The notes beneath the pieces are model-generated. The model searched no databases and had not been told where the DNA came from. It saw only the letters and a program-made list of their open reading frames with translations. This document shows, in pieces, positions 49,957 to 59,683 of a DNA stretch of 64,000 nucleotides. Where the stretch lies: the NCBI GenBank assembly GCA_000092065.1, contig CP000581.1. One strand, 5' to 3'. The DNA is from Ostreococcus lucimarinus. Its lineage: Eukaryota. The number at the start of each line of letters is the position of its first letter. The stretch's first letter is position 1. Both the position numbers and the translations under genes were made by a program.

Positions 49957-51216
49957 ATGAACATGGCGTTCGTGTGCGCCGTCATCCTTCGCCTCGTCCT
50001 CATCGCTTGGAGCGCGTATCAAGACGCAAACTTTGACGTCAAGTATACCGACATTGACTACTTCGTCTACACCGACGCCGCGCGTCATGTCGTCCGCGGC
50101 GGATCGCCGTATGAACGAGCAACGTATCGATATCCACCGCTATTGGCCGTCTTACTCGCGCCGAACGTGTTGGTGCACGAAATGTGGGGGAAAGTGTTCT
50201 TCAGCACGTTGGACATCGCGGTGGGCGGTTTGATTTTGAAAATCGGTCGGCGACGCGGTATGAACGCGCGAGAGCTCAAATATGCTTTGTGGTGTTGGTT
50301 ATTTAATCCGTTCACGTGCGCGATAAGCACGAGGGGAAGCTGCGAGGCATTGACGGGAGTGTTGATGCTGTTGACGGTTGAGGCTCTCACCGCGGGCGCA
50401 ACGACAAGGGCCGCAATCGCGTACGGATTCGTCGTTCACATGAGGCTGTATCCAATCATACACGCATTGATGTTCGTTGCGTTTCTTAATAAGGATTACA
50501 TGGGCAATCGCGCTTTGTTCGGTAAGCGAGGATCCAAAGCGCTTTCGTGGGTGACGGTAGAAAACGTCAAGTTTGCCGTGGTTTCGTCGGCGACATTTTT
50601 CGCGCTAACGGCTGGTTCGTACGCCGTGTATGGCATGGATTACATCGATGAGGCAATTCTGTATCACGCGCAAAGAAAAGACCATCGTCACAACTTCTCA
50701 CCGGCGTTTTACGGGATATATCTGAGCATTCATCCGACGACGGACGCTCCAGACTTGAACGGTTCAGCAATCGTTCAAACCGCCGATCGGTTGGCTATGA
50801 GTCCGTTGCCCATGCTTACAGTCGTTCTATCACTTGGGTTTGCGTTTGCTAGCGACATGCCTTTCGCACTTTTTGTGCAGACACTCGCGTTTGTAGCTTT
50901 CAACAAGGTGTGCACGGCGCAATACTTTGTTTGGTGGTTCATGCTCTTGCCACTCGTTTTACCATCGCTGATGCGAAGTGCGAATCGAAAACGTGTGGTG
51001 TTCGCCACGCTGATTTGGCTCATCGCCCAGTTACACTGGCTGGCTTGGGCGTACGCCCTCGAATTCAAAGGGGCGCAAGTATTTGAGAGCGTGTGGTTGG
51101 CGTCCATCGCGTTCTTCGGCGCAAACATTTGGCTCTTGTTGAACATCATCGCAGCGTATGCGCACGCACCGATATTTTCCAGAGGTCGCTTGCAGAAGTT
51201 TTCAAAAGTAGAATAG
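49957..51216 (+). CDS. PIGM: GPI mannosyltransferase 1 (PIG-M)
   Basis: IAWSAYQDANFDVKYTDIDYFVYTDAARHVVRGGSPYERATYRYPPLLAVLLAPN (PIG-M DXD-region pattern) and multiple TM helices; alternative upstream ATGs at 49837 and 49933. Confidence 0.8.
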   Translation: MNMAFVCAVILRLVLIAWSAYQDANFDVKYTDIDYFVYTDAARHVVRGGSPYERATYRYPPLLAVLLAPNVLVHEMWGKVFFSTLDIAVGGLILKIGRRRGMNARELKYALWCWLFNPFTCAISTRGSCEALTGVLMLLTVEALTAGATTRAAIAYGFVVHMRLYPIIHALMFVAFLNKDYMGNRALFGKRGSKALSWVTVENVKFAVVSSATFFALTAGSYAVYGMDYIDEAILYHAQRKDHRHNFSPAFYGIYLSIHPTTDAPDLNGSAIVQTADRLAMSPLPMLTVVLSLGFAFASDMPFALFVQTLAFVAFNKVCTAQYFVWWFMLLPLVLPSLMRSANRKRVVFATLIWLIAQLHWLAWAYALEFKGAQVFESVWLASIAFFGANIWLLLNIIAAYAHAPIFSRGRLQKFSKVE

Positions 51217-51351
51217 TTCCTTAGCTCCCGATAGCTCTAGCGTTCTCATGATGATTCAATTCATCACCGTTGCCGAAACCTCAAACGAGGTCATTTCGGG
51301 AGAGGCTGACCGCATAATCGTTCGCGCAGCGTCTTCACGAACACTTACGCC

Positions 51352-52302
51352 ATGCTTGCTAGCATCACGACTACACCCCTCATCGTGAGACCGGTGCATC
51401 GCCGCGCGCGCGTCGATCGAACGCGCGTCGTCGCCAGAGACGCCTCATCGCTCGCGCCGAAGAAGGTTCACGAACGCACGCAGGAAATCGCGAGTATCGC
51501 CGCCAAACCTGCGCCGGTGCCGGTAAAGAAGCCGCTCTTCGCAGATGTGTCTCCGGTGCAAGCCTTTGGCGTGGGCGGCTTCCTCGCGGCGGCGATCATC
51601 AAGGGTCACATCGCGGCAAAATCGGGAAGCACACTGCGCAAGACTCGAGCCACGCTGCGCTACTTCGACGCACGAGGCGCGGCGGAGGTCATTCGCACGA
51701 TTTTTGCCGCGGCAAACGTCGATTACGAGGATTATAGATACACCTTCTCTATGGATGGGCCGAAGCCGCAGATCTGTGAGCAGCACGGGGTCGATAAGGA
51801 GGCGGGGATGTTCGATGCGAATCTTAAGCGTCTTCCTGTTCTCGAGGTCCAAGGCGAGATGATCGGGCAGAGCCGCGCGATTGAGCGATTTGTCGCCAAA
51901 GATTTGGGACTCATGGGCAAAGGGAAGATAGACGAGGCTAAAATCGATGCGATTTGCGAACATGTGCGAGATCTGCGGGACGCGTATCAAAAAGCACGCG
52001 GTAATCCGTTCGCGCCGCCGACGCCTGAAATTGAAGAAGCGATGGCGAAGTGGTACGATGAGACGATGAAGACGTGGATGGGCAAACTTGAATCCGTCGT
52101 CGGCGACCAATGGTGCGTCGGAAAAAAGATGTCACTCGCGGATATTGTGCTTTACGTCGCGTTAACGCAGGCCTTCTCCGATGCGGAAAAGGCGGCGGCA
52201 TCGTATGTCGACTGCCCCAAAGTGTCCGCCATAGTCGACAAGGTAGGCGAAAACGCGGGCATTCAAAAATGGTTAGAAACGCGACCGGAGAACCGATTCT
52301 AA
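51352..52302 (+). CDS. glutathione S-transferase (sigma/prostaglandin-D-synthase-like class) with ~95-aa N-terminal transit-peptide-like extension
   Basis: thioredoxin-like N-domain (LRYFDARGAAEVIRTIFAAANVDYED...LPVLEVQGEMIGQSRAIERFVA) and helical C-domain; ATG 51352. Confidence 0.6.
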   Translation: MLASITTTPLIVRPVHRRARVDRTRVVARDASSLAPKKVHERTQEIASIAAKPAPVPVKKPLFADVSPVQAFGVGGFLAAAIIKGHIAAKSGSTLRKTRATLRYFDARGAAEVIRTIFAAANVDYEDYRYTFSMDGPKPQICEQHGVDKEAGMFDANLKRLPVLEVQGEMIGQSRAIERFVAKDLGLMGKGKIDEAKIDAICEHVRDLRDAYQKARGNPFAPPTPEIEEAMAKWYDETMKTWMGKLESVVGDQWCVGKKMSLADIVLYVALTQAFSDAEKAAASYVDCPKVSAIVDKVGENAGIQKWLETRPENRF

Positions 52303-52424
52303 GACGTCCAAAAGTTCTCGGAATCTTCGCGCAAAAGAGATTCATATCGAGCGAGACTTATTACTCGCCACGTGGCTGAAACGTTTGCAATTATTACAGA
52401 ACAAAGAAAGAGACGCAATCCGTG

Positions 52425-53471
52425 TTAATAATCGTCATCTAGATAGTTGCCGTCGTCGATTCCATCTCCATCGATTTCGTCGTACCCCCACGGACTCGAT
52501 GTCTTGACCGGGGGCTCGCGGGCAACATCGATGATGGCGTTGATGGCGTCGAGGCACTGAAGCCCCTCGGCGTCGTCCGCCGTCGGTCCCGGCTGCGTCG
52601 GCCCGAGCGGTACGCTCGGAGACAAGTCATGCAAAAACCAAGGATGATGGTATATCCCTGAGACAGTTATTCTATTCTTCGGATCGACGTTGAAAATTTG
52701 CGTGAGCAAATCCTTGCACTCGTCTGTCATATTCTGCGGAAGGTCGAATTTGGCCGACAACACGCGCTGCATCATCTTGTGCGAGTTGTTTGGATCTTGA
52801 GGATCCGAAAACGGATATCTACCCACTAACATGACGTACAATAAAACCCCACACGCCCACACGTCCGATGCCGCGCCATCGTACGGTTGCGCCCCGCTAT
52901 ACACCTCCGGCGAAATGTACGCCGGCGTCCCGATTTGCGTCTTTGGCTGACTGTCGAATCCCCCTTTGGAGAACCCAAAATCACAAATCTTCAGCACCGG
53001 CGTCGTCGTGAGATCCACCAGCGTGTTCTCAAGTTTCAAATCTCGGTGCGATATTCTCATATTATGCAAATACTCCACCCCCGAGATCAAGTGTTGAAAA
53101 AAATACCTCGCCTGCGACTCCGTAAAATTCCCTTGCTGCTGCACGTACCCAAACAGTTCGCCCCCCCCGATCGCCTCCATCGCCACCGCCAGGTGCGTCG
53201 GCGTCACCAGCACCTCCTTAAACTTCACGATGTTCGGATGGCTCAGGTTCCGATGATTCGTGATCTCTCGTCGCACGTGTTCGGTGATCTTTTCACCGCG
53301 TTCGATGTACTTCAGCGCGTACATTCGCCCCGTGGTTTTCTCGCGCATGAGTTTCGTGTACCCGTACGACCCGGTGCCGAGCAGGGCGTCGTTCACCGGT
53401 TCGTACCGCGCGTCGTGATCATCGACGTCGACGTCCGCGCGCGCTCGCGTCGCGGTCGCGGGCGTCGCCAT
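52425..53471 (-). CDS. SnRK2-type serine/threonine protein kinase (SNF1-related kinase 2) with acidic C-terminal tail
   Basis: YEPVNDALLGTGSYGYTKLMREKTTGRMYALKYIERGEKI...HRDLKLENTLVD...LKICDFGFSKGGFDSQPKTQIGTPAYISPEV...DVWACGVLLYVMLVGRYPFSDPQDP...HPWFL; D/E-rich C-terminus; ATG 53471 verified; 198 upstream codons of track ORF trimmed. Confidence 0.8.
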   Translation of the reverse strand: MATPATATRARADVDVDDHDARYEPVNDALLGTGSYGYTKLMREKTTGRMYALKYIERGEKITEHVRREITNHRNLSHPNIVKFKEVLVTPTHLAVAMEAIGGGELFGYVQQQGNFTESQARYFFQHLISGVEYLHNMRISHRDLKLENTLVDLTTTPVLKICDFGFSKGGFDSQPKTQIGTPAYISPEVYSGAQPYDGAASDVWACGVLLYVMLVGRYPFSDPQDPNNSHKMMQRVLSAKFDLPQNMTDECKDLLTQIFNVDPKNRITVSGIYHHPWFLHDLSPSVPLGPTQPGPTADDAEGLQCLDAINAIIDVAREPPVKTSSPWGYDEIDGDGIDDGNYLDDDY

Positions 53472-53540
53472 GCCGTCGCGCCGTCGCGACGCCGTCGTCG
53501 CGGTCTGCGCCCCGGGCGCGCGCGACGCCGCCGACGCCGC

Positions 53541-53570
53541 CGATCGATCGATCGATCGATCGATCGATCG
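53541..53570. repeat. (CGAT)n tetranucleotide microsatellite, 7.5 units, between the divergent starts of the SnRK2 gene and the downstream plus-strand gene
   Basis: cgatcgatcgatcgatcgatcgatcgatcg read directly. Confidence 0.9.
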
Positions 53571-53815
53571 TGGACGACGGTTCGCGATCGGGACGCGAAT
53601 CGACGCGCGCGATATCGACGCGTGTGACGGCGCGCGCGCGCGCGGTGACGGCCAGTGCGCGACGCGCGCGCGAGCGGAGCGTCGAAGACGACGCGCGCGC
53701 GCGTCTGAATCGTCGCGGCGGCGCGCGGTCGAGACGCGGGACGACGGGACGAGGGGAAGGGATACGGCGCGACGCGTCTCGCGGCGACGTCTCGAGCGCG
53801 GGACGAAGGCGCGGG

Positions 53816-55642
53816 ATGGAGGACGACGCGGAGTGCGAAACGGAATCGACGAACGCGACGAGCGCGAAGGATGCGACGACGTTGGGCGAAGTTGGAGCGG
53901 TGCCGCCGTTACCGTCGGAACCGCGACCGAGGGGAAGAGGAGAGCGGGGCGGGGGCGGGGACGGCGCGCGAAGCGTTCCCGGCTGGCTTCACGCGGCGGA
54001 GGTTGGAGGGAAGATTCAGCGCGAGCGCGGGATGAGGAGCGCGAACAATATCGAGGGATTGCCACTCGATGAATTTACGAGGGATATGACGAGTCTGGGA
54101 CAGTGGGCGCGCGTGGGAAACGGGGGTAAGAGGGCGATGGGTGACGCGCTTCGAGCGACGTCGTTTGCGTCGCTCGAGTCGGCGGTCGTGCGAGAGACCT
54201 GGCCGCGAGGGATGATGGATGCGTACCTCGACGCGCAATTTCTCAGAAGTGTCGAGCAAGGAAAGATGGTGCAATGCTTCACTGAATCTGGAGACGCGGC
54301 GTGGGCGACGTTTCACACGAATTTACTGTCGTACGACGAGTTCCCTCTCTTCGCGATGTTTGGCCGAGAATTTACACGAATCGACAAGTCCCAAGCCGTT
54401 AACGGAGGGAAATGGGAGCTGGTGGGGTTCGTCGATGATGTCACCTTGCGCGACCCATCGCAGCCGTGGAACGCGATCGAGCCAATCTTGCACGTGCCAC
54501 CGCGACCGACGTTTGTGGAGGATCCGTGCGATTGTCTCTGGATCGCCGATGAAACCGGCGACGACGTCGTCCTTGAAATCGACGCGCGTTTTTGGGAATC
54601 TCTCGAGTCAGATGCCGTTGTCGCTCTTCTGAAGGAATTTTCAACGTTGACTGCGCGTCATCACGCCGGGATGAGTGCGATTTCGCGATTGGCGCGCTTG
54701 GTGTCGTACGGCTTCCACGCTCCGGTGCCGAGATTCGCGCGCTTGCAAGGCGCTCGCGGTCCTGGGAAGGTACAAATGCTGCTCCCATTCAAAGCGGATT
54801 CGAAATCCATGCAAACGCGCGCCGCGGTGGTGGTAGATATAATCAAAAGTCGCCGCGGTGGGAGGATGTATCGGGCCGTCGGTGTCGTATCGCTTCGAGA
54901 GGCAGTGTTTACCGCGCGCGTCATCGGACCGCTGACGACGTCCGATTGGTTAAACGCAGACGCCATCGAACGCTCGCCCTCGATTTCGGTTTCGCCTCCG
55001 GAGAGCGAGAACGCCTGGGATGAACGGAAAGACGACTATCCTACTAAAGTCGCGTACGCGACGATGGCGACGAAAGCGCCGGCCCAACCAGCTGACGGAA
55101 TTCAAATTGCGTCTCCAACGCAACCCGTCGGCAAAATCCAAATTCAAAAAACGTCAAAGCCTTCGTCGGCTTCAAACGGAACAACGCCAGCGATGCCGAC
55201 GCGCATGAAAATTGATGACTGGTACAAGGCCACGATCGCCGATGATGGTCCGCCGAAAATTGTGAACCCAAAGGTGAACTTGAAAATGTTGCCGTTTGAA
55301 TTCATGCAAGCTGTTTGCAAAAAGCTTCACCTCGATGATTCGATTCTTCGGTTGTCAGACGCTCCGTCGGAGAGCGAATATCGCTTGACTCAAGCGTTAT
55401 CAACCGAAGCGAGTGGATGGGTGAGATCGATCATGTCTTCCTACGGCATAATCGATCGCGTGTACGTCGGGGTCAGTCGACGGGTGCGGTGTTTCTTCGC
55501 CGTCGTGTCATTTGAGAAGTGGACGGATCTCGAAGTCCGCAACGCGCTGGTTTCAGGCGAGACGATTCAAGTCGCTGGTTTCAGATGTCGAGAGAAGGTG
55601 TACATGCGACTGTCTCTTCAAGACAAGCGTAGTGCATTGTGA
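53816..55642 (+). CDS. hypothetical protein (~600 aa), no family assigned; start uncertain (alternative ATG 54032)
   Basis: track ORF 53570..55642 starts at GTG; first ATG 53816; N-terminal RG-rich, remainder globular-looking. Confidence 0.45.
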   Translation: MEDDAECETESTNATSAKDATTLGEVGAVPPLPSEPRPRGRGERGGGGDGARSVPGWLHAAEVGGKIQRERGMRSANNIEGLPLDEFTRDMTSLGQWARVGNGGKRAMGDALRATSFASLESAVVRETWPRGMMDAYLDAQFLRSVEQGKMVQCFTESGDAAWATFHTNLLSYDEFPLFAMFGREFTRIDKSQAVNGGKWELVGFVDDVTLRDPSQPWNAIEPILHVPPRPTFVEDPCDCLWIADETGDDVVLEIDARFWESLESDAVVALLKEFSTLTARHHAGMSAISRLARLVSYGFHAPVPRFARLQGARGPGKVQMLLPFKADSKSMQTRAAVVVDIIKSRRGGRMYRAVGVVSLREAVFTARVIGPLTTSDWLNADAIERSPSISVSPPESENAWDERKDDYPTKVAYATMATKAPAQPADGIQIASPTQPVGKIQIQKTSKPSSASNGTTPAMPTRMKIDDWYKATIADDGPPKIVNPKVNLKMLPFEFMQAVCKKLHLDDSILRLSDAPSESEYRLTQALSTEASGWVRSIMSSYGIIDRVYVGVSRRVRCFFAVVSFEKWTDLEVRNALVSGETIQVAGFRCREKVYMRLSLQDKRSAL

Positions 55643-55701
55643 CGTGAACGTGCAATTGTGTCCTTTTTGTTACAAATACCGATGCATTCTTTCAGAATCT
55701 T

Positions 55702-56631
55702 TCACTCCTTCTGAAACCGATCGCGATTTTCGCCGAGTACGAATCGACCAAACATTTTGCGCAACGCCACATCCGGCGTTAAAATCTTGATCGCGATCGT
55801 CTTATTCACCGAATCTGGAGAAACCGTCGCCACTTTCAGTTTATCCACGATCTGCTCCGCCGCTACCTCGGCCGGCTCGGCGAGCGCGTTGACAAACATT
55901 CTTCCTTGACTGCCAAACGCGTCGCGCCCACTCGAAATCAATTCGGTGAAAACCATTCCGGGGCTAATCGTGTGCACGCCGATGGGCACATCCTTGAGCT
56001 CCACCGCCATCGTTTTCGCCAGCTGCGACATCCCAGCCTTGGTGTGCCCATACGCTGCAAACTTACGCGTCGCCGCGCCGTCGCTCCCCGCGCCCTCCAT
56101 GTTGAACACGTGCCCGCGTCCCGTCGTCGCCTTCATCGTCTTTATCGCCTGCCTCGTGCACAACAACGACCCGAGCGAGTTGGTCAAAATAATTTCTTCC
56201 AGCACCTCCGGCGTCGCGTCTTCCAAATTATCGTACGAGTACCCGTTACTCGCGGCGTTATTCACCCACACGTCCACGCCGCCGAAGGCTTCGCAGCACG
56301 CCGCCGCCATCGCCTCGACGCTCTCCGCTCTGCGCACGTCCGCCGCCACGCCCGCGACGCGCGCGTCACCATACTCTCGACGAAGTCCCTCGACCACCTC
56401 GCGCACTTTATCGTCGTCCCGCGACGTCACGAACACCGCGTCCCCGCGCTTGAGAAAGCTCTTCGCCAACTCGTATCCCAAGCCTCGCGTGCTCCCCGTG
56501 ATCAGCACGCGCTGCGCCTCGGACGCGCGCGCGGCGCCGTCGGCGCGAACGATCGCGCGCGCGCGTCCGCGCGGCGCCCGGACGGCCCGCGGCGTCGCGG
56601 CCGACGGGCGACGCGCGAACGCCCGCGTCAT
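55702..56631 (-). CDS. NOL: chlorophyll(ide) b reductase NOL-like short-chain dehydrogenase with transit peptide
   Basis: VLITGSTRGLGYELAKSFL (TGxxxGxG), VWVNNAASN, HVFNMEGAGSDG, YGHTKAGM (YxxxK), HTISPGMVFTELISSG - pattern characteristic of NYC1-like (NOL) SDRs; ATG 56631 verified. Confidence 0.7.
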   Translation of the reverse strand: MTRAFARRPSAATPRAVRAPRGRARAIVRADGAARASEAQRVLITGSTRGLGYELAKSFLKRGDAVFVTSRDDDKVREVVEGLRREYGDARVAGVAADVRRAESVEAMAAACCEAFGGVDVWVNNAASNGYSYDNLEDATPEVLEEIILTNSLGSLLCTRQAIKTMKATTGRGHVFNMEGAGSDGAATRKFAAYGHTKAGMSQLAKTMAVELKDVPIGVHTISPGMVFTELISSGRDAFGSQGRMFVNALAEPAEVAAEQIVDKLKVATVSPDSVNKTIAIKILTPDVALRKMFGRFVLGENRDRFQKE

Positions 56632-56666
56632 CGTGTGTCGTGCGTCACCGGTGCAGTTCGCGACGC

Positions 56667-57464
56667 ATGGCGTCGACGCGCTTCGCCTTGGACGTTCCCG
56701 CGCGCTGCGCGAGCGCCGGAACGCTCGCGCCCGATGTACCCCTGTGCCTGGTGTTCGGTTGGGTGAACGCGCGCGACGCGCACGTCAAGAAATACACCGA
56801 CGTGTTGACGCGCGAGCTCGAGTGTTGCGCGACGGTTCGAGCGACGATGCCGACCGCGCGCGCGTTCAGCCCGTTCGAGCGGTCGAGGGTGGCGTACGTG
56901 ACGGAGGCGCTGACGTTCGCGCGTCGCGCGTACGGCGGACAGACGCCGAGGAAGGTGTACCTGTTTTGCTTCTCCAACGGTGGATGCTGGGTCCAAGCCA
57001 CGCTCGCGCGAGCGCGCGCCGAGGGAACCATCGCGCGCGAGTTGATGTTTGATTTCGAGGGCGTGATATTTGATTCGTGTCCAGCGTTCATGTCGATGAA
57101 ATCGGGCGGCGACGCGCTGACGGCGGTGATGCGGCAACCGCTCGCGCTCGTCGTGCGATTGACATTCTACGCGCTGGTTTTAGTGCTCGCGACTGTGCAT
57201 CTATGCACGGGGACGTACGATCAAATGTTGACGAGGAAGTTTTGGACGACGATGCTGAACATGCCGAACGAAAAGAAGGAGTTGTATATTTATTCCCTAA
57301 GTGATACGTTGACGGATCCGCAGAAGCTCGAGGCGTTAATCGCTCATCGAGCGAAAAACTCGGCAAACGTCAAGGTGCTCTGTTTCGAGCAGTCGCCGCA
57401 CTGCGCGCATTTGAGAAAGCATCCGGACGAGTACGTCAAGGCGTTGCGCGAATTCATCGTGTAG
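56667..57464 (+). CDS. TMEM53 / DUF829-family protein
   Basis: PLCLVFGWVNARDAHVKKYTDVL and VYLFCFSNGGCW match DUF829 motifs; ATG 56667 only ~35 bp from the divergent NOL start. Confidence 0.55.
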   Translation: MASTRFALDVPARCASAGTLAPDVPLCLVFGWVNARDAHVKKYTDVLTRELECCATVRATMPTARAFSPFERSRVAYVTEALTFARRAYGGQTPRKVYLFCFSNGGCWVQATLARARAEGTIARELMFDFEGVIFDSCPAFMSMKSGGDALTAVMRQPLALVVRLTFYALVLVLATVHLCTGTYDQMLTRKFWTTMLNMPNEKKELYIYSLSDTLTDPQKLEALIAHRAKNSANVKVLCFEQSPHCAHLRKHPDEYVKALREFIV

Positions 57465-57506
57465 TCAGTTTTAGCAGCATCTCATTGTATTCTATTCTAT
57501 AGTGGT

Positions 57507-58493
57507 CTATTGATCGTTGCGCTTCTGCTTCTTTTTGGCTAAAAAGGACTCCCATCTGTTGTGATTCAGCTCGGAAAAATCATCTAGACTGGCGATTTCT
57601 TCTAGATACTCGCTCAATCGTAACAGTTCGCGGTCGGTCGCCCGACTCGTGTGCGCGTTTCTGAATGGTCTAATTTTCAGTCCAAGCTGTGGGTTCATGA
57701 TGAAGTTGCGAGACAAATCGTCAAACATGAGGGTTGTTTTAGAGTCATACTCGCACCAATCCTGCGCGAACAAGTACCCGAGTGGCTTGCAATTGAACAC
57801 GCCGTACTTGGCCGTCTCCACGGTAATCATCGCCGACGAATCAATCAAACCAACAATTTTGTAATCATTGTGAGTCAACACTCCAAGCTCGGTCATCTTT
57901 AACTCGATCCACTTCAAAGACGTCGCTGACCAAATGAATATGTCAAAGTTCGCCGCGTACGCTCGCGATAAAAATTCGTGGAGGAAAGGTCGCATAATCT
58001 CGCTCGGATTCTCCGCCGTCGTCCGATGATCAAACAGCGTGTAATCGATATCTAACACCAGACACTTCGCCCCCGGACGTGGGTCGGAAAGTTTCTTCGG
58101 AAACTTGCAATCCCGCACGCGCCGTTCGAGCTTCGCGATGAACTCGGGATTCGCCATCGCCGCCGTCGTCGTCCGCGCATCCAGCTCAAAATCATCCTCG
58201 ACCTCGGGCGCCATCGACGACGCCAACGCCTCCGCCGTGGCGTGCGCTTCGATCTGCGATTCGCGTTTTCCCATCATCATCACCTGCTTCGGGAACTTGC
58301 CGATCTCGGACAGCGCGTCGTCATCCATCGCCGGTTTCGCGCCGATTCGCAGGTTGAGAAGTTTGATGCGCGCCGCGCGCACTTGCGTCGTCGTTTCGAT
58401 CGATCGTTTCAGGTCGGCGACCGTGGCGTCGTCGTCGACGTCGATGTCGAACGTCGGCGGCGTTCCGCCGGACCAGCGCACGGAGACGCGCAT
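57507..58493 (-). CDS. UBLCP1: ubiquitin-like domain-containing CTD phosphatase 1 (UBLCP1): N-terminal UBL + FCP1/NIF-type HAD phosphatase
   Basis: UBL MRVSVRWSGGTPPTFDIDVDDDATVADLKRSIE...; phosphatase core CLVLDIDYTLFD (DxDxT), FIWSATSLKW, KPLGYLF; ATG 58493 verified; 142 upstream codons trimmed. Confidence 0.8.
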   Translation of the reverse strand: MRVSVRWSGGTPPTFDIDVDDDATVADLKRSIETTTQVRAARIKLLNLRIGAKPAMDDDALSEIGKFPKQVMMMGKRESQIEAHATAEALASSMAPEVEDDFELDARTTTAAMANPEFIAKLERRVRDCKFPKKLSDPRPGAKCLVLDIDYTLFDHRTTAENPSEIMRPFLHEFLSRAYAANFDIFIWSATSLKWIELKMTELGVLTHNDYKIVGLIDSSAMITVETAKYGVFNCKPLGYLFAQDWCEYDSKTTLMFDDLSRNFIMNPQLGLKIRPFRNAHTSRATDRELLRLSEYLEEIASLDDFSELNHNRWESFLAKKKQKRNDQ

Positions 58494-58635
58494 CGTCGTC
58501 GGCGGGTTGTGTGGACAGTTGGAGCGGCGCGCGGCACGGCGGAGCGGTCGCGGATTCGAACTACGGTGTCTAGTGATGATTTCAAAGTCGTCAAGGGCTA
58601 CGGAAAATGCACACGCGGCATCTTTGAGCTTTCGC

Positions 58636-59364
58636 TTAAATATCGGCGTCCGCGATCGCGTCTTCGCCGCGGGTTTCCTGTTCTTTGTCGAGCGCGCGAG
58701 CGGCGGCTCGACGAGCGCGCACCTGCTCGGGCGATTCGCCCACCTCACCGCGCTTGCGCGTTCTCTGCGGCCGCTCGGCGACGATAAACTTTTCTCCTTC
58801 GCGTGACCGTTCTTCGTATCCCGCCCACGACGCGAAGTGATGCATGACGATGGACGCCGCGACGGACACGTTGAGAGACGCCGTCCCGGGTCCGTATTGC
58901 GGTATGTACACGAAACCATCGCAAATCGCCTTCTGTGCCTCCGTCATCCCGTGTCCTTCGTTACCCATGATGAACGCCGTGTTCCCCGTGAACGGATGGC
59001 TCTCGATCGCCCGCGCGTCGTCCACTATCTCCACCCCTAAGATTTGCGTGCACCCTCGCTCGCCCTTCAACTTTTCCCTCGCCTCCTCGAGCGAGTCAAA
59101 GTGTTCAAAGTGCACGTGCCCGTCCGCCCCGTGCGAACCGAACGTGTTGAACTGTCTCGACCCGATCAACACGAGCGATTTCACGCCGAACGCGGTGCAG
59201 CACCGCGCCATGGTTCCGATGTTGTGCTTCTTCGCCACGTTGTGCGCGAGAAAGTACATCTCCGCGCGCTCGCTCGCGCGTCGCGTCGTCGCGTCGTCCG
59301 TCGTCATCGCGCCGTTCGTCGTCGTCGCCATCGCGCGCGCGCGCTCGTCTGGGCGGTGATCCAT
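58636..59364 (-). CDS. SpoU/TrmH-family RNA 2'-O-methyltransferase
   Basis: YFLAHNVAKKHNIGTMARCCTAFGVKSLVLIG...AFIMGNEGHGMTEAQKAICDGFVYIPQYG...SLNVSVAASIVMHHF; ATG 59364 (alternative 59331). Confidence 0.7.
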   Translation of the reverse strand: MDHRPDERARAMATTTNGAMTTDDATTRRASERAEMYFLAHNVAKKHNIGTMARCCTAFGVKSLVLIGSRQFNTFGSHGADGHVHFEHFDSLEEAREKLKGERGCTQILGVEIVDDARAIESHPFTGNTAFIMGNEGHGMTEAQKAICDGFVYIPQYGPGTASLNVSVAASIVMHHFASWAGYEERSREGEKFIVAERPQRTRKRGEVGESPEQVRARRAAARALDKEQETRGEDAIADADI

Positions 59365-59683
59365 CGGCGCGTCGGCGTGTGCGCGCGGCGCCGCCGACGC
59401 GACACACCTCAGCGAGCGCGGTCGCGACGACGACGACGCGCGACGCGAGCGCGGGTCGAGGGCCCGAGTCGCGGGCGAAAATGCGGTTTCAGTGCTCGAG
59501 CGGCGGGGCGTGCGCGGTCGGCGCGGTGAGGTGCGCGGTCGATGGTCATCGTTCGCGACGATTCGCGTCGTCTTCGTTGACTCGACGGTTGGTGCGAAGC
59601 GATCGATTGACCGACGTCTGAACCGCGTGCGCAGGGAAGCCGAGCGTCAGTGGAACGCCGAGCGGGGAAAATTGCGCAAGGAG

